A DNA stretch of 12,243 nucleotides from Acidobacteriota bacterium (GTDB lineage: Bacteria > Acidobacteriota > UBA6911 > JACQSX01): assembly GCA_036507075.1 (NCBI GenBank), contig DASXQR010000114.1:1-12243 (forward strand), read 5' to 3'. The notes under the pieces are model-generated. The model made no database searches. It saw only the letters and a list, made by a program, of their open reading frames with translations, and was not told the DNA's origin. A program made the position numbers and the translations under genes. Below are positions 1 to 6,903 of the stretch, piece after piece. Within the stretch, counting starts at the first letter, position 1. Each line of letters starts with the position of its first letter.

Positions 1-69
1 GAACAGTGTCAGATTAACGGCGACAATCGCCGCAATCACCGCTCCCGTAACGGCAGGTTTCAGGGTCAT
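1..69 (-). CDS. 5' end of a gene running off the left edge; hydrophobic N-terminus (membrane anchor or signal)
   Basis: ATG at 69 gives an open frame MTLKPAVTGAVIAAIVAVNLTLF to the window edge; TAAAAT lies 6 nt upstream of the ATG. Confidence 0.55.
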   Translation of the reverse strand, partial: MTLKPAVTGAVIAAIVAVNLTLF

Positions 70-75
70 TTAGTT

Positions 76-105
76 ATTTTATACACGGTTTGAAGTCTTT
101 TTGAA
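76..105 (-). promoter_or_regulatory. Putative sigma70 promoter, probably producing a leaderless mRNA
   Basis: Minus strand: TTCAAA (105-100), 18 nt, TAAAAT (81-76), 6 nt, ATG; no SD. Confidence 0.45.
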
Positions 106-119
106 TGCGGAATGGGGGA

Positions 120-330
120 TTGTCCGTTGTCGGTTGTCGGTTGTCCGTTGTCCGTTGTCGGTTGTCAGTTGTCAGTTGTCGGTTGTGTTTGGACTTGACG
201 TCTTCTTACTAAGGGAGAGTCGCTTGCTTTAGTTGTCATCAAGATTTAATCGGCGGCATGCGGATAATGGACAACGGACAACGGACAACTGACAACTGAC
301 AACTGACAACGGACAACGAACAACGAACAG
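120..330. repeat. Inverted pair of heptamer tandem arrays (TTGTCVG)9 / (CKGACAA-like)10 around a 74-bp spacer
   Basis: Left 120-186: TTGTCCG/TTGTCGG/TTGTCAG units. Right 261-330: CGGACAA/CTGACAA/CGAACAA units, the reverse-complement orientation. Confidence 0.95.
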
Positions 331-346
331 CTTCTCTATTAAGCGT

Positions 347-967
347 ATGAAGATCCATGACATTTCCCGTTTGATTCATCCTTCCATTGCCGTCTGGCCA
401 GGAGATACTCCTTTTGAACGGACCGATACGCTTCGACTCGCCGACGGAGCTTCTGTGAATCTTTCCAGCGCCCGTCTAAGCCTGCACACCGGGACGCATG
501 CCGACGCACCGTGGCATTTCATCCGGGAGGGGAGTTCCATCGAACAGGCAGAGCTGAGCCGCTTCTGGGGGCGGGCCCAGGTTGTGACGGTGCGGGCGTG
601 GCCCGCGATTCAGGCAAGCCATGTCGAGCCGTTCCTGAAATCCGGCGTTGCGAGGCTGCTTGTCAGGGCCAATCCCGAAATCCAGGACAATACCTTCGTT
701 GAAGATTTTGTTTATTTTCAAGAAGGAGCCGCTGCGTTGATCGCCGCTTCCGGCGTCCAGTTGATCGGGACCGATGGGCCCTCGGTAGACGCGTTCGACA
801 GCAGGGCATTGCCGGCGCATCACGCTTTTGGCAGGCAGAATGTCGCCATACTCGAGAATCTGGATCTGCGCAATGTTTCCGACGGAGAATACGAGCTTGT
901 TGCGCTGCCCCTGAGGATATTCCGAGGCGACGGCTCGCCCGTGCGCGCCGTGTTGCGCGAACTCTAG
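347..967 (+). CDS. kynB: Cyclase-family metal-dependent hydrolase, likely kynurenine formamidase (arylformamidase)
   Basis: Motifs WPGD, HTGTHADAPWHF, GTDGPSVD, ILENLDL, LVALPL..GDGSPVRAVL. Confidence 0.85.
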   Translation: MKIHDISRLIHPSIAVWPGDTPFERTDTLRLADGASVNLSSARLSLHTGTHADAPWHFIREGSSIEQAELSRFWGRAQVVTVRAWPAIQASHVEPFLKSGVARLLVRANPEIQDNTFVEDFVYFQEGAAALIAASGVQLIGTDGPSVDAFDSRALPAHHAFGRQNVAILENLDLRNVSDGEYELVALPLRIFRGDGSPVRAVLREL

Positions 968-969
968 TA

Positions 970-1008
970 GGTTATCTGGTTTCGGGTTATCTGGTTTCGG
1001 GTTATCTG
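970..1008. repeat. 15-bp direct tandem repeat GGTTATCTGGTTTCG x2.6
   Basis: Exact copies at 970-984 and 985-999, partial at 1000-1008; begins just after the kynB stop. Confidence 0.9.
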
Positions 1009-1109
1009 TGCTTTCAGAGAATGTCAGGAGATTTCTCTCCCTGCCGCTTAAACCGGAAACACAGCGGAAGATTCTCTTTGAAAACGCGGCGCGATTGTTT
1101 GTAGAGTGA
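1008..1109 (+). pseudogene. Orphan C-terminal fragment of an amidohydrolase (Amidohydro_2-like)
   Basis: Translates VLSENVRRFLSLPLKPETQRKILFENAARLFVE*, matching the 'L..E...KIL..NA.RL' C-terminal signature; upstream in-frame stop at 912-914 inside kynB. Confidence 0.65.
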
Positions 1110-1125
1110 ATCTTATGCCTCATCA

Positions 1126-1202
1126 CGAATTCCGCAATCCACAATCAACGATTCGCATTCCGCCTTCTGCTTTCCGCCTTCCGCCTTCCGCTTTCCGCAA
1201 TC
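1126..1202. repeat. Degenerate heptamer tandem array (CGCHWTC) x11
   Basis: cgaattc cgcaatc cacaatc aacgatt cgcattc cgccttc tgctttc cgccttc cgccttc cgctttc cgcaatc. Confidence 0.9.
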
Positions 1203-1217
1203 GGATCGAGGTGACCT

Positions 1218-2744
1218 TTGCTTGAGTCACTGGCGCCCCGCGTCACGCTGCGCAATGCTTTCCAGTATCCATTCGATTCAGCCATTGCCGCCGCGCGCAC
1301 CTGCTACTCGCCGCGCGTCATTGCGGCGGCCGAGATTACAGAGAAGCAGCGCGAATCGATCGGCCAGGTTACTTTTGACGGAGGTCATCACACGGTTTTC
1401 CAGCACCCGCACTTTGAATTCGGGCTGGAAAACGTATCCCGCCAGTTTGTGTGGAATTTTCTCCACAATCATCCCTTCTACAACTCGGAACAGACCAGCC
1501 AGCGCTACGTGCGCATGGATGAGATCAAGGTTTTCATACCACCCATTGCCGAGCTGCTGCGGCGGCACTACGAGGAGTGCATCCGGTTTCAGTGGGACTG
1601 CTATCACCAGCTCTCCTCCCTGCTGCGTGCGGACACGCATGAGATTCTGGGCGACATCTGGCACTTAAAAAGCCATCCTCATGAGAAGAAGCGAAAGAAG
1701 GTGGAGCGCGATTCCGAAAAGAAAGCCATTGAAACCGCCCGCTACGTGATTCCAATCGCCGCCATGACGACCATGGTGCACACCATTTCAGGGATCGTGC
1801 TGCACCGCCTGAACCGGATGCGAAACTCAGGCGACACTCCCCACGAGACGTCCGTGGTGATCGAAGCAATGGTGCAGCGCGTAAAGGAGGTCGATCCGGA
1901 TTTTTTTGAGAGAATCGGCGATGCTCCCAGGCGCGTGGATGAGATTCCGGAGTTTCGGTTTCGCGCCGCCGGCGGCGACTACGCTTCCCAGTTCGATGCG
2001 AAGCTGGACGGTTTGACCTCCCGGCTGGTGGATTACTCGCCGGCTGCAGAAGAAGTCGTGGCCGATGCGCTGAGGAATGTTCTTGGCAAGACGCGCGCCG
2101 AAATTACGGACGACGATGCGCTGGAGCTGATGCTGAATCCGCGACAGAATCCCTACCGGTTGGATAAGCTCAATGTCTCGTTCCACGCTCCCATAATGAA
2201 GCCGCTGCATCATGCCAGCTACACCTTCTACAAGAAGATCAGCCACACGGCCGACAGCCAGGATCAACGGCATCGCATGGTTCCGGCATCGCGACCGATG
2301 ATGCTGCTTACCGATTCCGAATATCCCGATTACGTCACGCCGGAGATCGTGCGGCGCAATCCGGAGGCGTTGTCGATTTATCAGCAGGCAATGGAGAAAG
2401 CCTGGCAGACAAAAAATCACCTGCTCGCCGAGGGAGTTCCGCGTGAGTTTGCACTCTATGTATTGCCCAACGCGCTATGTTTGAGAATGGTAGAGTCATC
2501 TTCGTTTCTTTACCTGATGCACAAGTGGGTGATGCGCACCTGTTTGAACGCACAATGGGAGATTTACCAGGCTTCGATGGAGGAACTGGCGCAGGTGGCA
2601 AAGGTGCATCCCCGCATGACTCGGCATGTGGGGCCGCCCTGTTCATTCCGGGTGGGCGTGGCGGCGCCTATCTGCACCGAGGGCACCCATTTCTGTGGCA
2701 TTCCCGTCTGGAAGCTGTTTCCTGATGTCGAAAGACGACTCTAA
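1218..2744 (+). CDS. thyX: FAD-dependent thymidylate synthase-like protein with two tandem Thy1/ThyX domains
   Basis: SD GAGGTG 1208-1213 before TTG. N-domain: AARTCY, GHHTVFQH..F..ENVSR, SQRYV, ARYVIP. C-domain: QRHR, ALYVLPNA, R...AQWEI, GPPC..CTEG. Confidence 0.85.
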   Translation: MLESLAPRVTLRNAFQYPFDSAIAAARTCYSPRVIAAAEITEKQRESIGQVTFDGGHHTVFQHPHFEFGLENVSRQFVWNFLHNHPFYNSEQTSQRYVRMDEIKVFIPPIAELLRRHYEECIRFQWDCYHQLSSLLRADTHEILGDIWHLKSHPHEKKRKKVERDSEKKAIETARYVIPIAAMTTMVHTISGIVLHRLNRMRNSGDTPHETSVVIEAMVQRVKEVDPDFFERIGDAPRRVDEIPEFRFRAAGGDYASQFDAKLDGLTSRLVDYSPAAEEVVADALRNVLGKTRAEITDDDALELMLNPRQNPYRLDKLNVSFHAPIMKPLHHASYTFYKKISHTADSQDQRHRMVPASRPMMLLTDSEYPDYVTPEIVRRNPEALSIYQQAMEKAWQTKNHLLAEGVPREFALYVLPNALCLRMVESSSFLYLMHKWVMRTCLNAQWEIYQASMEELAQVAKVHPRMTRHVGPPCSFRVGVAAPICTEGTHFCGIPVWKLFPDVERRL

Positions 2745-2774
2745 ATCGGAAAGTCTGAAGGTGGACAAAAAAAC

Positions 2775-2843
2775 TAACCGCCAAGGCCGCCAAGAACACT
2801 AAGAAAAGCCCAAGGACCCTTTTCTTGGCGCTCTTCGCGGTTA
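2775..2843. repeat. Inverted 9-mer repeat arms (CGCCAAG core); likely bidirectional terminator between convergent genes
   Basis: TAACCGCCAAG GCCGCCAAG AACACTAAG ... CTTGGCGCT CTTCGCGGTTA, flanked by A7 (2767-2773) and T5 (2846-2850). Confidence 0.8.
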
Positions 2844-2852
2844 AGTTTTTAG

Positions 2853-4781
2853 TTACAGTCCCAACCTCTTCCCAAATCGATTATACGCGTACGAAACCGC
2901 GTACAAGACCACGCTTAGAACCAGGAAAGAGATGAAGCGGTACAAAGTTTCCAGATTCGAGACGTCGTACAGGAACACTTTCAGGATGGTCGCAAGCAGA
3001 ATGCCCATGGCCATCTTTCTCACCACCGCGTTCCTATTCAATACGCCCAAGGTCAACAGGACCGCGGCATAAATGCTCCAGGCGACGGATACGCTCATTC
3101 GCACCTGAGCCGTTGCCCCAAATGAAAAAAACCAATCTGTCCGGAAATGCACGTACTGCTCGACCAGATGGCTGACCCAATACCAGCCCAGGAGCACTGT
3201 GCTGATGAGGTAAATCTTTCCGAAACGTTCGCCGCGCGAGTTCAGACGGAAATAAAGGAGCAGTCCGGCAGTCGCGGTCAGAGCAAGCATGGCCGCCTTT
3301 TCGTTCAGGAACAGGGCCCGGGCGAGGCCGATGCCCGCGCCCGTTACCGCCGGGTGCAGGACGGCGTAGACCAGCGCCGACGCGAAAACAATCCATGCGC
3401 CGAGAGGCTTGAATTTTGCCGCTGCGCTTGCGGATCGCGCATTTACAGCGTTGAACGCGGCGCAAAGCAGCAGCCAGGCAATCGTGAGCTTCCAGCCGCG
3501 CCAGGCCTGAGCGCAGAAGAAATACAGAAATAGCGCGGTCAGTGTCGAAAGCAGCGACACGTGGCGGAAATTTCCAAAAAATCTGTGGGCTGCGACACCG
3601 CACGCCGTCAAAACCGCAAATGAAAGCGTCACCCATTCACTGTCGACAGTCTTCACCTGCTCGTTGACGTAGTGCAGCCGCAGGAAGAAGAAACTTACTG
3701 CAATGGCAGTGGTGATCAGATGCAGGTTCTTCCAGACCATTGCCGGAGGACCGCCCGAAACCGGGGCCGGATCCTCTGCGGCCTCGGAATAGCGTGCCCG
3801 CGAATTATAAGGAGGAGCGACAAACATCGCGGCCAGAATCCAGAGCAGGGTTGCCATCCACCAGCGGTTTGCCAGATCCACTTCCCACCCGAGGATTGTG
3901 ATGATGTTGACCAGCAGCAGGCCTAAACGCACCAGCGGCCACTGCCTGCGAAACACCAGCCAGCTATAGCCGATATTGATGGCGACAAGATACGGTACCT
4001 GCAGCGTAAAGGGCTGGCGCGTGGCCGGAAAAACTTCTCCGCGGATCAGAATCCCGGAGTCTGGATAAAAACCAGCCATGATTTGAGGAGCAAACCCTGC
4101 CCCACACAAAGACCAGACAGCGAGCGCTTGAGATTCATGCCGCACCGCCTGCAACACCAGAGCTGCCGTGGCCACCAGCAGGTAGACAAAAGCCAGGCGC
4201 GGCGGGAAGAGCCTGTAAAGATACAAGCCGCCGTAAACGGTCAGGAAAAGAAGGCCGAATCCGCTGGCGGCAATGACGCTGGCGTAGCGTTTCATTTGCC
4301 TGTTAAACAGAAACTCACTCCAAAACAAAAGCCCGACCCCGGCCAGCGTTCCCATAATGATTTTCACGGCATCGCTGATCCACCCGCGCTCGAAGGCGAC
4401 TTTGAGAAAAAAACAGCCCGCCAGCAGCAGTGCTGCCAGAGCAACCTTGTCAAAGACGTGACGTCCCAGCAGAACTTCGAAATTGGAGTGCGCGGGCCCG
4501 GGTTTGGCCTCAAGGGATGCCGCTGAAGCGGGCGTTGATGCGGAGGCCAAAACGTTGAGAAGCGGCAGCTCGACCGGAGGCGCCGGTTTGGCTGTCGGCG
4601 GGGCGGGCTCACTTACCGGGGCCACCTCTGGCGTCTCAGTCTTTAATTCTGAAGCGAGTGCGCCCGCCCCGGCATCTTTTATCTGCGCTCTGACGGCATC
4701 TAATTCAAGATGAAACTGGCGCAGTTGCCTTTCCAGCGCTTCCAGCCTTTGCAAGGCCTCCTGCCGCGATGGTTCTGTCAT
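2853..4781 (-). CDS. DUF2339-family polytopic membrane protein
   Basis: N-terminal coiled coil, Pro/Ala linker, FEVLLG...FFLKVAFERGWI motif, C-terminal SVAWSIYA..LKVFLYDVSNL..YRFISFLVL. ATG 4781 preferred over TTG 4841, which falls in the promoter. Confidence 0.85.
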   Translation of the reverse strand: MTEPSRQEALQRLEALERQLRQFHLELDAVRAQIKDAGAGALASELKTETPEVAPVSEPAPPTAKPAPPVELPLLNVLASASTPASAASLEAKPGPAHSNFEVLLGRHVFDKVALAALLLAGCFFLKVAFERGWISDAVKIIMGTLAGVGLLFWSEFLFNRQMKRYASVIAASGFGLLFLTVYGGLYLYRLFPPRLAFVYLLVATAALVLQAVRHESQALAVWSLCGAGFAPQIMAGFYPDSGILIRGEVFPATRQPFTLQVPYLVAINIGYSWLVFRRQWPLVRLGLLLVNIITILGWEVDLANRWWMATLLWILAAMFVAPPYNSRARYSEAAEDPAPVSGGPPAMVWKNLHLITTAIAVSFFFLRLHYVNEQVKTVDSEWVTLSFAVLTACGVAAHRFFGNFRHVSLLSTLTALFLYFFCAQAWRGWKLTIAWLLLCAAFNAVNARSASAAAKFKPLGAWIVFASALVYAVLHPAVTGAGIGLARALFLNEKAAMLALTATAGLLLYFRLNSRGERFGKIYLISTVLLGWYWVSHLVEQYVHFRTDWFFSFGATAQVRMSVSVAWSIYAAVLLTLGVLNRNAVVRKMAMGILLATILKVFLYDVSNLETLYRFISFLVLSVVLYAVSYAYNRFGKRLGL

Positions 4782-4812
4782 TTGAAGCTTGTCAGAGATG
4801 GAATGTGCGCCG

Positions 4813-4841
4813 ATTCTAGCAGTTTTTCCCACAGGGAACAA
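4813..4841 (-). promoter_or_regulatory. Putative sigma70 promoter of the DUF2339 gene
   Basis: TTGTTC (4841-4836), 17 nt, TAGAAT (4818-4813) with extended TGn. Confidence 0.6.
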
Positions 4842-4843
4842 AA

Positions 4844-5109
4844 TGAGGGAGGGATGGAGGGACTGAGGGATGGAGTGATGGAGGGAGGGATGGATGGAGG
4901 GATTGAGGCATGGAGGGATAAAGGCATGGAGGGAGCGAGGGAATGGGAGCGCGGGGATAAACCTGAGAAAGGAACCGGAAGAGTTCTCAGTCTACTCAGT
5001 CTCTCCATCTCTCCATCTCTCCATCCCTCCATCCCTCCATCCCTCGCTCCCTCCATCCCTCCATCCCTCAGTCCCTCAGTCCCTCCATCCCTCAATCTCT
5101 CCATCCTTC
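4844..5109. repeat. Inverted pair of octamer tandem arrays (GGAGGGAT)n / (ATCCCTCC)n
   Basis: Purine-rich left arm about 4844-4945, pyrimidine-rich right arm about 4995-5109; central hairpin CTGAGAA..TTCTCAG 4963-4990. Confidence 0.95.
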
Positions 5110-5123
5110 TCGTGCAGGCTTTA

Positions 5124-5152
5124 TTGACAGGGTGTGGCGCTGCCTCTAATAT
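5124..5152 (+). promoter_or_regulatory. Near-consensus sigma70 promoter of erpA/iscA
   Basis: TTGACA (5124-5129), 17 nt, TAATAT (5147-5152). Confidence 0.75.
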
Positions 5153-5203
5153 GGAAGGTGGTCCTGAAAGAAACGACCAGAGTTTAACGACAAGGAGTTG
5201 CAA

Positions 5204-5527
5204 ATGATCAGTTTGACACCGACGGCAGTAACGAAGGTGAAGGAAATTCTGGCCCAGCAGCAGGAGCATTACGAAGGCCTGCGTGTTCAAATTGTAGGCG
5301 GGGGATGCTCAGGTTTCCAGTACTCGATGGCTTTCGAAGCAAAATCTAACGGTGATGACAACGTGGTTGAGGTGGACGGGCTAAAAGTGTTTGTCGACGC
5401 GCAAAGCCTGGCCTACCTGGATGGAACGGAAATCGATTATGTTGAGAGTATTCAGGGATCGGGATTTAAATTCAACAATCCCAATGTGAAAAGCTCCTGC
5501 GGTTGTGGAGAATCCTTCAACGTCTGA
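5204..5527 (+). CDS. erpA: HesB/IscA-family A-type Fe-S cluster carrier (ErpA/IscA-like)
   Basis: GGGCSGFQY, IDY...GFKFNNPN, CGCGESF; SD AAGGAG 5192-5197 supports ATG 5204. erpA versus iscA cannot be resolved. Confidence 0.9.
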   Translation: MISLTPTAVTKVKEILAQQQEHYEGLRVQIVGGGCSGFQYSMAFEAKSNGDDNVVEVDGLKVFVDAQSLAYLDGTEIDYVESIQGSGFKFNNPNVKSSCGCGESFNV

Positions 5528-5531
5528 TTGA

Positions 5532-6035
5532 TCAAGCCTGCTGCATGGCCAGTTTTCCGATCAGCGGCAACTGGTAAGTTTCCTCGTTGAACGCCTTATA
5601 CATCAGCAAAAGCCAGAGAAAGAGAAAACCGAGCCAGAGCAGCGCCTGGAAGATCTGATAGACAATATAGAAAGGATAAGGGAAAACCAGCGTCATCAAT
5701 AATCCTATGATGTTGGAAAAGACAGCGACGATCACCCAGGCGATGAAGAAGAAAATCGACTGGAAGGCATGGAAACGTATGAACTTATCCTGGTTATAGG
5801 GTTCAATGACAAGGAAGACGATTCCGCTGATCAGCAGGAATATGTAGCAGAGCAATCCTGCCACATTGCGCTGCAGATGAGCGCTCGCCTGATTAGATGA
5901 CGGGCCGGCATTTTCCGGGGCCGCTTCGGAAATCGAGGCTGGGGCGTCAGGCACCGGGGTTCCGCAACGGGGACAAAACCTGCAATTCTCGTCAAGCGCC
6001 GCGCCGCAACTTGTGCAGTTTTTCAAAGACATCAT
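5532..6035 (-). CDS. Zinc-ribbon plus DUF4870-like membrane protein
   Basis: CTSCG...FCPRCG; N.AGLLCY, FIRFHAFQS, YKAF...YQLPLIG; SD AAGGAG upstream. Confidence 0.85.
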   Translation of the reverse strand: MMSLKNCTSCGAALDENCRFCPRCGTPVPDAPASISEAAPENAGPSSNQASAHLQRNVAGLLCYIFLLISGIVFLVIEPYNQDKFIRFHAFQSIFFFIAWVIVAVFSNIIGLLMTLVFPYPFYIVYQIFQALLWLGFLFLWLLLMYKAFNEETYQLPLIGKLAMQQA

Positions 6036-6157
6036 GTCTCCTTCCGCGCCTCCGAGTCCAAACTCCTAGATTCAATACGCTGGCAGCGAAAAAAACAACC
6101 CAAAATGTGAGGGACGACCCGATGCAGTATGATTCAAATGAATGCGGATCCGAATAA

Positions 6158-6535
6158 ATGTCCGCTCTCTATCTAAAAGGCCTGGAGCTTTTCAATCTCG
6201 AACAATTTTACGATTGTCACGACGCGCTCGAGGAACTCTGGCTCGAGGATTTCAGCCAGGACCGCTCCTACTACCAGGGGCTCATTCAGGTGGCTGTCGG
6301 TTTTTATCATGTCACCGACGGCAAGTTGGGCGCCGCCCGGTCGATGCTGCAGCGCGGTTTGGAAAAGCTCAGGCATTATCCGCCGGAACATCGTGGTGTT
6401 CAGCTCCAGGCTTTCAGAGAAGAAGTCGAAAACTGCAAAAGCCGGCTGGACGCTCTCATCCCGCAAAAAGGGGAAGTCGATTTTGCCTTTCCCAAAATCA
6501 ACTATGATCCCCGGCGATTGGCCGGTAATTCTTAG
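6158..6535 (+). CDS. DUF309-family protein
   Basis: LFN..FYDCHDALEELW, YQGLIQVAVGFYH...G...GA. Confidence 0.9.
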   Translation: MSALYLKGLELFNLEQFYDCHDALEELWLEDFSQDRSYYQGLIQVAVGFYHVTDGKLGAARSMLQRGLEKLRHYPPEHRGVQLQAFREEVENCKSRLDALIPQKGEVDFAFPKINYDPRRLAGNS

Positions 6536-6600
6536 CAAAGTTTTCAAAATCGATCCGTCGCGCGCGGGCCCACGTCACGCGATACTGTCGGAGGGAGATC

Positions 6601-6611
6601 TGTGTTAAAAT
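6601..6611 (+). promoter_or_regulatory. Extended -10 element upstream of small ORF-murB-murA
   Basis: TGTGT-TAAAAT. Confidence 0.45.
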
Positions 6612-6676
6612 AGCCTCAGTTGCGGGCTCGATTTCTGGCCGGCACTCGCCGGTTGCAGGCGTGAATCGGTCGATCT

Positions 6677-6886
6677 TTGCAGAGAGGTACAGCTCGCTTG
6701 AGATATTCCGTCTTTGGATTGGGGCATCGCAAGAGACGGACCGCTTTGCAGTTCCTGGCCCTGCTTGTTCTCGTCGTTCTCACCACCCTGATACTGAGAT
6801 TCCTGTTTTCGCTCAGCCGATACAATCCCGATTATTACGAGCCAAAAGACATAGAGCGGGAAAGTTACACCACCAAGAAAAAGTAA
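6677..6886 (+). CDS. Small single-pass membrane protein, unknown function (start uncertain)
   Basis: Basic HRKRR, hydrophobic ALQFLALLVLVVLTTLILRFLFSL, polar tail YNPDYYEPKDIERE; stop 17 nt before the likely murB start. Confidence 0.55.
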   Translation: MQRGTARLRYSVFGLGHRKRRTALQFLALLVLVVLTTLILRFLFSLSRYNPDYYEPKDIERESYTTKKK

Positions 6887-6903
6887 CCCGCCCTGCGGTA
6901 ATC

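Noticed and set aside
120..330. CRISPR array interpretation of this or other repeat tracts
   Set aside because: Units are 7-15 bp and directly tandem, with no unique spacers between repeats and no cas genes.
915..1109. Programmed frameshift fusing KynB to the amidohydrolase tail
   Set aside because: KynB ends at its normal C-terminus with tandem TAG TAG, there is no slippery site, and the joining sequence is repeat-derived.
4782..4841. DUF2339 start at TTG 4841
   Set aside because: That TTG is the predicted -35 box; ATG 4781 lies downstream of the promoter.
4710..5290. ORFs 4710-5207 (+), 4778-5290 (-) and 4894-5127 (+)
   Set aside because: Low-complexity translations of the octamer arrays that overlap real genes and promoters.
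6661..6903. 81-aa N-terminal extension or fusion on MurB
   Set aside because: No MurB similarity, and a more protein-like ORF occupies another frame.
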